Source: Eledone cirrhosa
Lineage: Eukaryota
Reading direction: 5' to 3'
Assembly: GCA_964016885.1 (NCBI GenBank)
Contig: OZ024762.1
Location: 26,908,001-26,972,000, forward strand
DNA: 64,000 bases
Each line of letters opens with the position of its first letter. Positions within the stretch are counted from its first letter, which is position 1. Below the pieces are notes generated by a model. The model saw nothing but the letters and a program-made list of their open reading frames with translations, was not told where the DNA came from and ran no database searches. Made by a program: the position numbers and the translations under genes. This document shows, one piece after another, positions 34,759 through 48,894 of the stretch.

Positions 34759-34765
<7 letters not shown>
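34362..34765. repeat. 404-bp spacer-less palindrome
   Basis: Centre TGA|TCA at 34563/34564 with 202-bp arms. One mismatch seen (AGTGTCC vs GGATACT). Confidence 0.95.
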
Positions 34766-34784
<19 letters not shown>

Positions 34785-34790
<6 letters not shown>

Positions 34791-34855
34791 GATGAGATTC
34801 CTGATGATTTCTAAAGAATGAAACAGTTCTAGCCCTGTAGAATCTCATCTATATT
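34785..34855 (+). ncRNA. Type I hammerhead with 16-bp stem I
   Basis: aatatagatgagattc CTGATGA t-ttct-aa-agaa-t GAAA cag-ttctagcc-ctg TA gaatctcatctatatt. A truncated relative with CTGGTGA lies at ~8466-8500. Confidence 0.88.
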
Positions 34856-34927
34856 AAAACTTTTATACTCTGCAATGTATTGAGTACCTTACTTACTGTG
34901 GTTACCTCCGACTCAACCCGGAATAAC

Positions 34928-37055
<2,128 letters not shown>

Positions 37056-37110
37056 TACCTAACTGTACCAAGGATTACACACATTTTCCAATATATATAT
37101 GTATATATAC

Positions 37111-37140
<30 letters not shown>

Positions 37141-37144
<4 letters not shown>

Positions 37145-37539
37145 TGTTATTCTTTGGGAGGGTCATGTTGCCAATAAGAAACACACGCATCAGTTGCTTT
37201 CACTCCAATTTATTATAAAGTAAAAAAATTTTTAAAAACATTTTTTCAAAACATTCTTTTTTTTTTTTTTAGAAATATACGGTTGGTTGGTTCCCAAACC
37301 GGACGGTTGTTCATATATTGTCAAAGTTCTTTCGTCACACATTCTGTGACCTCTTCAGTGACTGGGGATTCTTTTCTTTGTTTTGTGCCTCTCCTTTGTT
37401 CTGTCCTACGCCATCTTGTTTTTGTGTGTGTGACACGGACAAGATTGCAAAAGTGTTCAACTAGCACCACTACGTTGCTAGTCCGTACAGTTTGAGGAAG
37501 GTTCCAGAAGATCTGTGTAGGCAGGTGCTAAAGAGGTTA

Positions 37540-37542
<3 letters not shown>
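37141..37542 (-). mobile_element. Solo pLTR of the 31.1-33.7 kb PLE family with hammerhead at 37320-37362
   Basis: Reverse complement of 33315-33717, with an identical hammerhead core. Confidence 0.92.
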
Positions 37543-37587
<45 letters not shown>

Positions 37588-37702
37588 CGAAGGAAATGTG
37601 GTAAGGAACCAGGTGGACCATAACGCACCAAAGTACTCAATACTTGAGGTAGTAGAGTGGGTAATAGGAACCAGTAAGACCCCCAGTAAGACCTTATTGG
37701 TT

Positions 37703-37754
<52 letters not shown>

Positions 37755-38454
37755 TGGAAACCTGTTGGTTGGTCGTGTTTTCCTTTATTGCATTGCGTGA
37801 TTTGAAATTTAAATCGACAGAAATCGGAAAGTTATAACTTACTAACTCTTTAAAATTAACCAAAAACTACTGTATATATATTTTGATCCGATTATTTTAC
37901 GTATGTTACCGTTTTTAATGGGTTTATTTTCGCTGTTTGATATATTCTTCTAAAAAATCGAGAAACACTCACGTGCTCTCTTTGTCTGCCATACAGAATA
38001 TAGAAGGCTAGTTAAGTAACGTAATCTAATTTTTATTTTATTTTATTTTATTTTATTTTGTGTAACGTGATTTAATATAATTGCATTTTTCTTTTTAACT
38101 CAGTGAGCATATATATTTGTTATTATTTTTGATATACTGATATTGTGATAACTACGTTTCACGATATATATATACTGTGTCCGTTGTTTATATTTGTAAA
38201 CAAGCCGATACTGCAGTTAAAATCAACTTATATAAATCCTTCGCGATTCTATATCTTTAACTTATTTGCCTTTCATCAACTTATTTTAATCTGTTTACTT
38301 TGTCTCCTCTCCTTTTATATTTCATGTTGATATCATTTGTTTTCACTTTGTTTTGGTGTTTTCACTGCGAAATATTATTGTTTTTCGAACAACATTAATC
38401 ATTGATATTTAAGGTTGTCTTTGACCGTTTCAAGTATAGGCTGCTATCTTTCAC

Positions 38455-38562
38455 GCTGTCTCTCTCCTTCTTTCTTTCTCTCTATCTCACTCTCTAGATC
38501 GCACACGCTCTTTCTCTCTCTCTCTCCCCTCTAAATCGCACCTTGAATTTCTCTAGATCGCA

Positions 38563-38655
<93 letters not shown>

Positions 38656-38765
38656 TTCCCCTCTAAATCGCACCTTGAATTTCTCACTGGACTTATCACT
38701 CTTTCCCTCTCTCTTTCTCCCTCTCTAACATTTTCCCTACCCTTCCCGATCTCTCTTTCTCCCCT
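38455..38765. repeat. (CT)n polypyrimidine microsatellite with short duplications
   Basis: Direct reading. CCCCTCTAAATCGCACCTTGAATTTCTC occurs twice. Confidence 0.9.
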
Positions 38766-39057
38766 CCACAGCGAAATGCGGGGAGAACAATAGCACGCAA
38801 AGACAAAACCACGTAAATGGTATAACTGAAGTAGTAGACTAAAATTCTAACTAGGAAACCGAATGATTCTCGGCTTCAGAGTTAAGAATAAAGTAAATAA
38901 AATACAGAGGAAATTGAAATTAAATAAATACATACACGCATCCTTATACGTACATACACAAACATACGCGAAAATACTCGCCTTAGGTATACAAATACAC
39001 GCACGTACACAAAAAAAAACTCACGCACATACAGAACACACGCAACGCCTGTATACG

Positions 39058-39093
<36 letters not shown>

Positions 39094-39126
39094 CGTGTGT
39101 GTGTGAGTGTGTAAATAAATATTATA

Positions 39127-39221
<95 letters not shown>

Positions 39222-39223
<2 letters not shown>

Positions 39224-39541
39224 CATCATCAGCATCGTCATCATTTTACGTCCGCCTTTCCCTGCTTGCAAGGGTGGGACGGGTCTTATTCAGCACAGCA
39301 CCTCTCCACTTGTCACAGTCCTTCGTCATCTCCACCGTGAGCTTCAGCGATCTGAGGTCTGTTCTCACCACCTCCGCCCATGTTTTTCGTGGTCTACTTC
39401 TACCACATCTTCCTTCAACTGGCATTTCCTGGCACTTCTTCACCCATCGGTCACCCTCCATGCGCATCACATGTCCATACAACCTCAGTCTCCTCTCTCG
39501 CACACTACATTCTATTCCTCTCAGACACAGTTTCTCTCTCA
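39222..39541 (-). mobile_element. 3'-terminal fragment of the same RTE family as 5031-8300
   Basis: Close match to 5031-5345, with a (TGA)n-like tail. Confidence 0.95.
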
Positions 39542-39840
39542 TATATATAGAATATTTTAGTATCGTGAGAGAGTAGAGGTTTAAAGGGATAAGCGGTACA
39601 TATAGTTAGTTGCCAAAAGCTGGTGCATGTGTGCTCAATACTTGTGCCTACAGGGTTAAATATCAGAAGCGTTAATATTTAGAGGGCGAGAATATAAGCA
39701 GAGCGGTTACAAATGAAAGGATTACAAAGGAGAATACAGACTGTTAGAACATGTTTATACAAATGTATAAACATGTTCTAACAGTAAGTATTCTCCTTTG
39801 TAATCCTTTCATATGTATGTATATATATATATATATATAC

Positions 39841-39940
<100 letters not shown>

Positions 39941-40570
39941 GTATAATAAACAATATTCGGGAAACCTCTGGTAATGAGGTAATTATATTGTATTGTTTAT
40001 TATACATTAAATTTAGCTCTGGTACTTACATAGAGCACTCTTCACTCCAATGACTTTTTCAATTTTCAATGGAAACTTCAATACTTATATATAGCTTATT
40101 CCTCACCTTTCACTCATTCTCTGCTACTCCCTCTCCCACTTAAACCGGTTTGACCTGTGCGAAATTCTTTCCTCCCGCACACTTTGACCAGGTTGGTTGT
40201 TTCTCTTTTTTCTCTCTGGTCTACGATTTCACAGAACTTATGTTCACCGATTTCAGGGACTAGACTCCTTCTTCCTCCCGTTTGACCTGTGCGAAATTCT
40301 TTCCTTGCCCACATTTCGACTAGGTTTGATGGTCTTTATTCAATCTCGTCCACAATTTCACAGAACTTATATTCATCCATTTCTGGACTTGACACATTCT
40401 TCCTCACTTTTCATTGCATTACCATCTTTGATTGTTTACAGTCTCGCTCGTTCCCCTTATTTACGTATCCCAAAGACTTTCTTTAGCCGTTGCTCGCACC
40501 AACCGGAGGTATATGGTCTTTAAAGCGATGAAATACCAATGATGGTTGGAAGATCACTGATGACGGACTA

Positions 40571-40617
<47 letters not shown>

Positions 40618-40674
40618 GGAAAAAATGAAACGAAATATCATTTCCCACTCTTAGTACGGCTGTTATTTAAATAT

Positions 40675-40996
40675 AAGTATGTACGTGTACATACATATAT
40701 GTATACAGACGTACAGTAGTATGTATATATATATACATACATGCACACATATATATATGTACGTATGGATTCACCGAACATTTATTATAATGCTCGGTGT
40801 GTTTGTAAACAAACATCCCGTATTAAGCCGTAGTGTCCCGTATTATGCCGTAGATGGTTGCTGGACAAACACACCGAGCATTATAATAAATGTTCGGTGA
40901 ATCCATACGTACATATATATATGTGTGCATGTATGTATATAAATATACATACTACTGTACGTCTGTATGCATATATGTATGTACGTGTACATACTT
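40675..40996. repeat. Fold-back inverted repeat (~132-bp arms, ~58-bp spacer)
   Basis: ..GGATTCACCGAACATTTATTATAATGCTCGGTGTGTTTGT and its reverse complement. The spacer contains TCCCGTATTA(A/T)GCCGTAG twice. Confidence 0.92.
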
Positions 40997-41016
40997 TTAT
41001 ATATATATATATATAT

Positions 41017-41531
41017 ATATTGTTATACTTTGGGAGGGTCATGTTGCCAATAAGAAACACACGCACCAGTTGCTTTCACTTCAATTTATTATAATAAATT
41101 TATAAATTTCTGGTTGGTTGGTTGGTTGGTTCCACAACCAGATAGTTGTTTATATATTGTCAAAGTTCTTTCGTCACACATTATGTGACCTCTTCGGTGA
41201 CTGGGGATTCTTTTCTTTGTTTTTGTTCCTCTCCTTTGTTCTGTCCTACGCCATTTTGTTTCTGTGTGTGTCTCACAGAAACAAAATGGCGTAGGACAGA
41301 ACAAAGGAGAGGCACAAAAACAAAGAAAAGAATTCCCAGTCACTGAAGAGGTCACAGAATGTGTGACGAAAGAACTTTGACAATATATAAACAACTATCT
41401 GGTTGTGGAACCAACCAACCAGAAATTTATGAATTCCTAAATTTATAAATTTATTATAATAAATTGAAGTGAAAGCAACTGGTGCGTGTGTTTCTTATTG
41501 GCAACATGACCCTCCCAAAGTATAACAATAT
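41017..41531. mobile_element. Fold-back dimer of a PLE pLTR with two divergent hammerheads (41159-41201 minus, CCGAAGA; 41339-41381 plus, CTGAAGA)
   Basis: ~250-bp arms homologous to 33430-33717, with a 7-nt loop at 41267-41273. Confidence 0.92.
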
Positions 41532-41583
41532 CGGTTTCAACACACGTTTTCAGATAAAGAATCTTGCTAAAAAAATTCAGAAA

Positions 41584-41641
<58 letters not shown>

Positions 41642-41687
41642 CAAAAAATATTAATAAATGAAGACGCTCACATTATCAAAATGTATG

Positions 41688-41749
41688 TTTTATTATATAT
41701 ATTTCGGAGGTACTGTGCTGTTTTTTCAGTACGTCCTCATCAGATAAAA
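41688..41749 (-). ncRNA. Type I hammerhead ribozyme
   Basis: Minus strand: ttttat CTGATGA gga-c-gtactg..cagtac-c-tcc GAAA tatata TA ataaaa. Confidence 0.88.
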
Positions 41750-41774
41750 TACATAAATTGATGTACGACATACC

Positions 41775-42982
41775 TCAACTGTCTTGATGGTTTAATTTCA
41801 GTCTTGGCAGTGATTTATTACAACAAAACTCTATGTTTATATACCACAAGAAGGAATAACATGACAAACTAAATATGACGAGGAGAGGGATGTGAAGCGA
41901 TGTGATCTTTTTCAAGTATGGGAGGTGGTTGATGCTCCCACCAATTCTTTTGATGGGGCAGGTCAAAATGCTTACACATTATCCAATGTATGTATTGTGC
42001 AGCTCTGTCATGCCTGTTTATGTATTCGGTTGGAGCTATAGGACTGCACATTGAAATTATATGGTCAATGGTCTCTGGTTGTTTTTTACATACACGGCAT
42101 AATGGGTTGCATCCATTTTTTATTATGTTGGCTTGGTAATTTTTTGTTGGCAGACACTGATCTTGTGCTGATATAATCAGTCCTTCAGTTTCCGATTTCA
42201 GTCCAGAGGATGCCAACCACTGATGGGTTAAAGTTTTGACAACATCAGGATTGATAGCTGTTTCTGGGTATTTTCCATAAATGGCTTATCTTGCCATTTC
42301 TTAGCCAGTTTCTGTAGCAGTTCTTTCTTTGTAGTTACTTTTACCTGCTTTGCTTTTTCTGTGTTTTCTATTTCAGCAGTAAATGGGACTTCTGAAATTT
42401 GTAGTCCATTACTGTATCTTTGTGCATATTTTGTAATGGAGTATGATCTTTTGATGCATTCGTGTTTCAAAACGAGTTTGATCATCCAATCATGTGATAC
42501 CCTTAGATATGTAGATAATCCAATTGTTGCAGTTTTCAACGCAATGTCTAACTGGATTAACCCACGTCCTCCTTCTTTCCTAGGGAGATATATTCTATCT
42601 GTATCTACCTTAGAGTGATGCATTCTGTGCATGGTTAAAAATGGTCTAATTTTTGTATCGAACCTACGGATCTCTGTGCTTGAGCAGTTGATGACATTGT
42701 AACTGTAGGTTACTACTGGTATGGCAAGCGTATTTATGGCATCGATCATATTCCTTGCATTCAATTCTTTTCTTAAGATTGCTCTTACTCTGTGGTAACA
42801 TTCCTTCCTTATCCTTTCCCTCATTGTCGAGTGCTTGATTCCGTCTCCTTCACAAACACCTAGATATTTGTAAGTTTCCTCTTGATCAAGTTCTCTTATC
42901 ACATTCCCCCGATCAAGACTAATGTCTGAACTCTTCAGCAGCTTTCCTTTGGTGAACGTTGCTTTGGCGCATTTATCTAGTC
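41775..42982 (-). mobile_element. R4/Dong-clade LINE fragment
   Basis: YKYLGV, RIYLPRKEGGRGL, SETEGLIISAQDQ, CRVC..ETIDHIISMC and RHD motifs. Abuts (TTA)n at 42983-43027. Confidence 0.9.
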
Positions 42983-43027
<45 letters not shown>

Positions 43028-43029
43028 GG

Positions 43030-46000
43030 TCTAAGCGGACGTATTTTGCTCGCTCACAGTAAGTCGCTTTATTTGCCTGTTAAAATTATTTGTTGTTAAA
43101 TATTTCTTGTTGTGTAAGGGATATAAGTCCTTAGACTTTGCTCCGTGAAGGGGAAAGTATAATAGTTGGGACTTTTGGCCCAAATATTTGAACTTTTTTT
43201 TACATGTTAAAAAATTTACTAAGAAAAAAAAATCGCTGAACCACGCCCCCCCCCCCCCCCCGATATGTCGGCTGTCGTGCGACAACGACGTAGAAGTTGA
43301 GAGGTACGCTACAGCGAAATTAAGACACATTGATAACACAAACATCACCACAAACAAGGTAAACAAAGACACCAATGATACCAATAAGAACTCTAATTTT
43401 GAAAAAAATGACAGTAACAGCGACAACTGTTAAAAATACAGATAACAAAAAAAAAATAACAAATACAACAACAATATCAACACCACTAACATGAAAACAA
43501 ATAGCGACAACACCAACAGCAACAATACCAACTGCACCGAGAACAACGGTGGCAACAAAGACAACAATGATAACAGCGACAGTGCTAACAACAACACCAA
43601 CAAGAAAAACGACAACAACACTCCCAACGAAAACAAGAAGAACACTTTCGCTGCGGCAGCAGCAAAAAAAGAGGCCATGCTTCAACATGGACCTCTCAAA
43701 CAAAGATGAAAAGTTGGCCCAGGCATGGAAGCTCATCAAGCAAGAGCAAACTTGGGCCAACTTAACTGTCCCGGTAGAAGCTATTGAGGCAGTGGAGCGC
43801 AAAACGGTGCATTATAGATGCATCCCAGCACAAACCGAAAGGGCAGCTTTAATCCCACAAGAATATGTCGAAGTCGCGCTGAGGTGCATCGGAGAAGACA
43901 CCCAGTACATAGAGAGGGGCAGACAGTACGGCACCATTTCGGTGTTGTTCAAGTCAGAAGCCCTCGCTATGAAATACGCTATGACTCCTTGCAAAACCAG
44001 CAAGGTCATAATGTACCCCTCCCACATGGGAAAAAGAACCATTCCCAGAATCCCACCAGGACTCGACATGTGGTGGCTTCTGGGATGTGTGATTGTGGAG
44101 GGGACGGATACAGTCCCTATAGAAGTGACCAGAACGGCCAGAGAGGATTGGTCCGGGGTTGACCTGGAGATCCTTCTCCAGATCAGACCCGAGAATGTAA
44201 AGACAATCCCGGACCACATCCGCCTTCAGAATGGGACGGTCATTCACATTATGACCGAAGGCAAAAGGCCGCAGTGTTTGTGGAGAAAAAACCCATTTGC
44301 GAGCCTTCTGCCCTCAACTGCTGAAAGAGGCAAGGGGTCGAAAGGCTCCACTGCTGCCGACGCCGGGGCGAGGACCACAACCAACACCAGCACCGGCAAA
44401 ACCACCAACAACAACACCAATAGAAAGACCACCACCAACATTTACCACCCAGGGAGGAAACGAGGAATGCTGTCAAATTCCACCTCCCCCCAAAATACAC
44501 ACACCAATAAAACCATAAACATACATACAGACACACTTACAGACACAGACTCGTCATCTACCAGTAGTGAAAATGAGGGAAATCCCAAATCCCCCAAAAT
44601 ACAAAAAAAGGAACACAAAGAGAAAAAAAAAACTCAACAAAGCACAAAAGCACCCATAATAAAAAACGCAGACACCACCCACGCAAACATATCTCCAATA
44701 ACACCAACATCAACACCGCCATCATCATCACCAGAATCACCCAAACGCAAACAACCGATACAGATGCAAGAACAAATATACACACAAACATCTGAAACCA
44801 CAGACACCGCACTCACAACAAACACAGATACAACCGAAACAACACCACCAAAACCATCACCACCACAGCCACGCAAACAAATAAAATCACACCAACAAAA
44901 CATACAAAACTTCGTGCTCGTCAGGATGGCCAACAAGGAACTGATGGCCCTCGTAGCACGAAGTGAAAATATAAAAAAAGAGGGGGAAATTTTTAAATCG
45001 AGCACATTTCGCGTGCCGGAAGATTTGGTTCTGGTGCGAATGTCGCTCGACATATTCAAAGAAATACGAGACAGCTTTCCTCGGAACGTGGGAACCCCGA
45101 ACGTAAAACCTACTTCAAGACTTTTAAAGGGGTTCCCAAAAGAAACCCCACTAACTATGGAGGTCGAACAACCCGACCTTCACAAGAGCCCGGAAGGTAA
45201 GTAAACCTTCCTCTCTCTTTTTAACCTGCCAACATGGCCGTATTAAGAGTAGGATGTTTAACTGTTCGAGGCCTGGGATCATCCTGGAAGCAGGGTCACC
45301 TGCTCAACGACCTCAGGTCTATACAAATGGATGTAATTGCAGTTAGCGAGACCAGGATTTCCGACACGCGCGCACTAGCCCCCATTTTCGACGACTATCA
45401 AATCTCTGCATCTGTTAGCCGGCCGGGAATGGGAGGCGGGGTGGCAGTGCTGTTTAGGAAAGGCCTGGATCTCAAGGTAAGGTCGATCTTCCGGGACCCG
45501 GACGGGAAGTTGGTGGTCCTAGACGTGAACAATAATGAAGGTGGTGCCTTTAGACTGGTGGCCGTCTATGCTCCTACTGGGGCAGGACGGCCGGACTTCT
45601 TTAGACGCCTGGAAGCCTTTCTGGGTACGTCTCGCCCTTTACTGTTAGCGGGGGACTGGAACGGCATCTTAGACGCACGCTGGGACTTTGTGGGAGTATC
45701 CGATAGGAGCGGGGAGGGGGTGCAAAAGCCTCAAGAACCTGTTCAGCCAGTTCCAACTGTTTGACAGGTACCGATTAGATTTCCCTAATGCGCCAGTGTG
45801 GACTTGGGCTAACCGCATATGGTCATCTAGATCATATATAGACAGGATATTCAAAACGTGAAATAGTGTAAGCTGTCCACGTTTTGAAACGGTCGCCTAT
45901 TCAGATCACAAGTTTGTGATCTGTATGGTCGACCTAGATAAGACGCGTAGGTTAGGACTTGGTTACTGGAAGCTAAACATGTCACTTCCGGCACGTAAGG

Positions 46001-48880
46001 CTTACAAGGACCAGGTCAACAATTTAGTTAAGAAAAAGTTAACAGGAGGAATCGTCAACAATAGATGGTGCGGGGCTCTCAAAAGAGAGATTAGAGTAAT
46101 GTCGATAGAGTTTAGCAAAGAAGTAGCGTTAGAGAAAAATAGAAAGAAGGGGGAGTTGGTAGATAAGTTAGACGAGACTATTGGTAGTGGCATTGCAACT
46201 GATGTACTAGCGGCGAGAATGGCATTAAACCATTTCTTCAATGCGAAACACGAAGGTTGCATTGTCAGAGCTAAGTCACGTGCTCTGAGAAACGAGGGAA
46301 CCAAAGCTGTTCGATGGGCCCGCGTGGCAGAGGCGCAGCGTGGTAATAAAACCACGATTCGGTCTTTGACGGACCGAGACGGGCACAAGCTGAGCGATTC
46401 CAAGAGGATGTGTGAGGGCTTTCGCTAACATTTTGCTCGGTTGTTCGGAGGAAGTGGCGGGTCAGTGATGGTGGCGGACTTCAGTCCCTACCTCGATGGC
46501 TTGCCGCAACTCTCGACGGCTGAAGCTGGGCGCTGCGAAAGGCCAATTACTTCAGCCGAGATTCAGGATGCCCTTGTCGGCTGCATGAGGCGCAAGTCAC
46601 CCGGTTTGGATGGTCTGCCCTACGAGCGTTACGTAAATATGACAGAGTTGTTCTCCAATCTCCTCGAAGCCCTCTACTGCAACTGGCAGCAAAACGGGAG
46701 TATTCCCAGTTCTGTGAACCGAGGCGTAGTGACGCTGATAAGGAAAGACGATAACAAAAGGGACACATTAGACAATTTCAGGCCCATAACCTTGCTCAAC
46801 ACAGAGTTTAAGATTTTGGCCAGGGTGTGGCGCTTGTCGTCGGGGATTTGGTGAGGGAGGCACAAACTTGCGCAATCCCAACCAGGTCCATACACGACAA
46901 CCTCCACCTAATGCGATACATCATAGAGAGGGTGGGGTGTAAACCTGGCTTCGGTGGGGCTCTGATCAATTTAGATCAATCGAAAGCATTCGATAGTGTC
47001 GACCATCGGTACCTGGAGGCTGTCCTCAAGGCGGCTGGCTTCGGCCCCGTCTTCAGAAGCTGGATCGCTGCAATGCACAGCGGCACCTGCTCGATGGTCA
47101 AAATTAATGGCCACCTCTCGGAACCGTTTCAGGTCTCCCGATCGGTCCGTCAAGGGTGCCCTCTCTCCTCCCTTCTATACGTATTGACTCTCGAGCCTTT
47201 ACTGCGGAAGCTGGAGCTGTTGCAGGGCATCCCGCTCGAAGCGGGACGCGGAAAGGTTGTGTCGGCTTATGCGGACGACATCACCGTGATGGTGTCGGAC
47301 ACCTCAGAAATCGAGGTGGTCGGAAACTTATTGAAAGGTTGACGGGAGCAAAACTTAAACCGGAAATGTCAGTGGGCTTGCAACTCGGCACCTGGAGAGG
47401 CAAGTCCATGCCTTCCAACAGCATCGTTAGGCGCAGGACGGACGGACCGGTAAAGTTGCTAGGGGTTTGGTTCGGGCCAGACCTCCAGGTGGATAAGAAT
47501 TGGGACGAGATGACGGGCAGGGTAGTCAGTCTCACCCAGAAATGGGCTGGGATGAAGCTATCACTGAAAGGTCGGACGGAGGTGGCGAACGCGTACATCG
47601 CGTCCGTCATCTACTACCGTCTGACTGTCGTCCCTTTCCCCCGTTCGCGCCTCGCCATCTTGGAGCGGCTCCTCCTAAAATTCTTGTGGAGGGGTCAGGT
47701 TCCGCTGGTGAGGCGGTCCATCTACGGCCAGCACCCTCTACGTGGACGGCTGGGCATGCCGTGGATAATGATGCGCAGACACGCGCTGAAGCTACGGCAT
47801 CTCCGGATAATCTGCCTAAACGGTGAACAGGTGTGGTCGTCGTTTGTCAGACGGGCCTTTCCGCAGCTCGTTTCTTTGACTGAGTTGCAGTCCTGGGTCA
47901 AGAAGAGACCGAGACTGGGTGACTGGCATCTGGAATGTTGCCAGGCCTCACTGCCCTCTACCAGGCGGGCAATGCGGTCAGTGGAACTTCCACTCTCGAG
48001 TTCTATAGAGGATTAGTGGTGGGCAAGTGCGACGACGCACATGAGTGGCTCTGGGAGGAAACGAAGTCGAACTAACCAGTCTGTACCGGAGGACTTTCGA
48101 GCCGGGGACGATGGATAATTTCCAAAAATCCCTCGCTTGGCAGTGTTACCGGGGGGCACTGCCGGTTCGAGGTAAACTCTACAGGCACGGAAGTGCGGTC
48201 AGACAGACCTGCCCGAGACGCGCGCAGAGCGACGAAACCGTTCTGCACGCACTCGTCCAGTGTCCGTGCATTACTGACTTGTGGAGTTATGTTGAACAGC
48301 TGTTGTCGCGTGTAGACCGGATCCGGCTATCGGCCGAGTCCATAGTGAAGATCGACCCGCCGCCTTCTTTTGGCCAGGAAGGGCAGGCAATTTTCCTCTA
48401 TCCGGTGGCAGTAGCGAAAGAGGTTGTATGGTGGACGAGGTGGAAAGGACTGAAGACAGACACTTTTCTCTTCGGCCAATCCCTCATCAACTTTTTCAAG
48501 TTTCTCTTCAGTACATTTGCTGAAAGGTGGGTGAATGTGGCGAGAATGGCCCGTGTGAGTGGGCCTACTCTGGTCATGCGGCTGTGGGTAATTAAAATTT
48601 GAAGAGGAGATGGGTGCCCTTCCAGAGTGCTCTCGAAGCGTCGGGTCGTTCAGGACTGGTGGGGTACCTGAGCGAACCCTAGGTGGTCATCCCCCCAATT
48701 GGGGAACTTTTTCTTGTAATTTTATTGTTACTTTATTGTTACTTTGTTATTGTTACTTTGTTATTGTTACTTTGTTATTGTTATTCATATTGTTTGATCG
48801 ATTTTTCTGTAAAACCCCACTGTCCCAGTCTTTTGTATTGTCCCCTATATGTCGGCCCTTGTGGCCAATAAATGAAATCA
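43030..48880 (+). mobile_element. Near full-length Tx1/L1-clade LINE, ORF2 disrupted
   Basis: ORF1, then ORF2 pieces with APE (VRGL, SETR, VYAP, AGDWNG, SDH, GYWKLN), RT (KSPGLDGLP, NFRPITLLN, LDQSKAFD, QGCPLS, YADD) and a terminal CP..ETVLHALVQC. Ends CCCTTGTGGCCAATAAA. (TTA)n on both sides. Confidence 0.93.
43549..45204 (+). CDS. Tx1-type ORF1 (gag-like, Thr/Pro-rich linker); probably carries indels
   Basis: 551-aa ORF directly upstream of the APE ORF. Confidence 0.7.
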   Translation: MATKTTMITATVLTTTPTRKTTTTLPTKTRRTLSLRQQQKKRPCFNMDLSNKDEKLAQAWKLIKQEQTWANLTVPVEAIEAVERKTVHYRCIPAQTERAALIPQEYVEVALRCIGEDTQYIERGRQYGTISVLFKSEALAMKYAMTPCKTSKVIMYPSHMGKRTIPRIPPGLDMWWLLGCVIVEGTDTVPIEVTRTAREDWSGVDLEILLQIRPENVKTIPDHIRLQNGTVIHIMTEGKRPQCLWRKNPFASLLPSTAERGKGSKGSTAADAGARTTTNTSTGKTTNNNTNRKTTTNIYHPGRKRGMLSNSTSPQNTHTNKTINIHTDTLTDTDSSSTSSENEGNPKSPKIQKKEHKEKKKTQQSTKAPIIKNADTTHANISPITPTSTPPSSSPESPKRKQPIQMQEQIYTQTSETTDTALTTNTDTTETTPPKPSPPQPRKQIKSHQQNIQNFVLVRMANKELMALVARSENIKKEGEIFKSSTFRVPEDLVLVRMSLDIFKEIRDSFPRNVGTPNVKPTSRLLKGFPKETPLTMEVEQPDLHKSPEGK

Positions 48881-48894
48881 TTATTATTATTATT

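Noticed and set aside
40110-40520. ~132-bp duplication with short ORFs
   Set aside because: No recognisable domain and stops in the likely frame. It could not be assigned.
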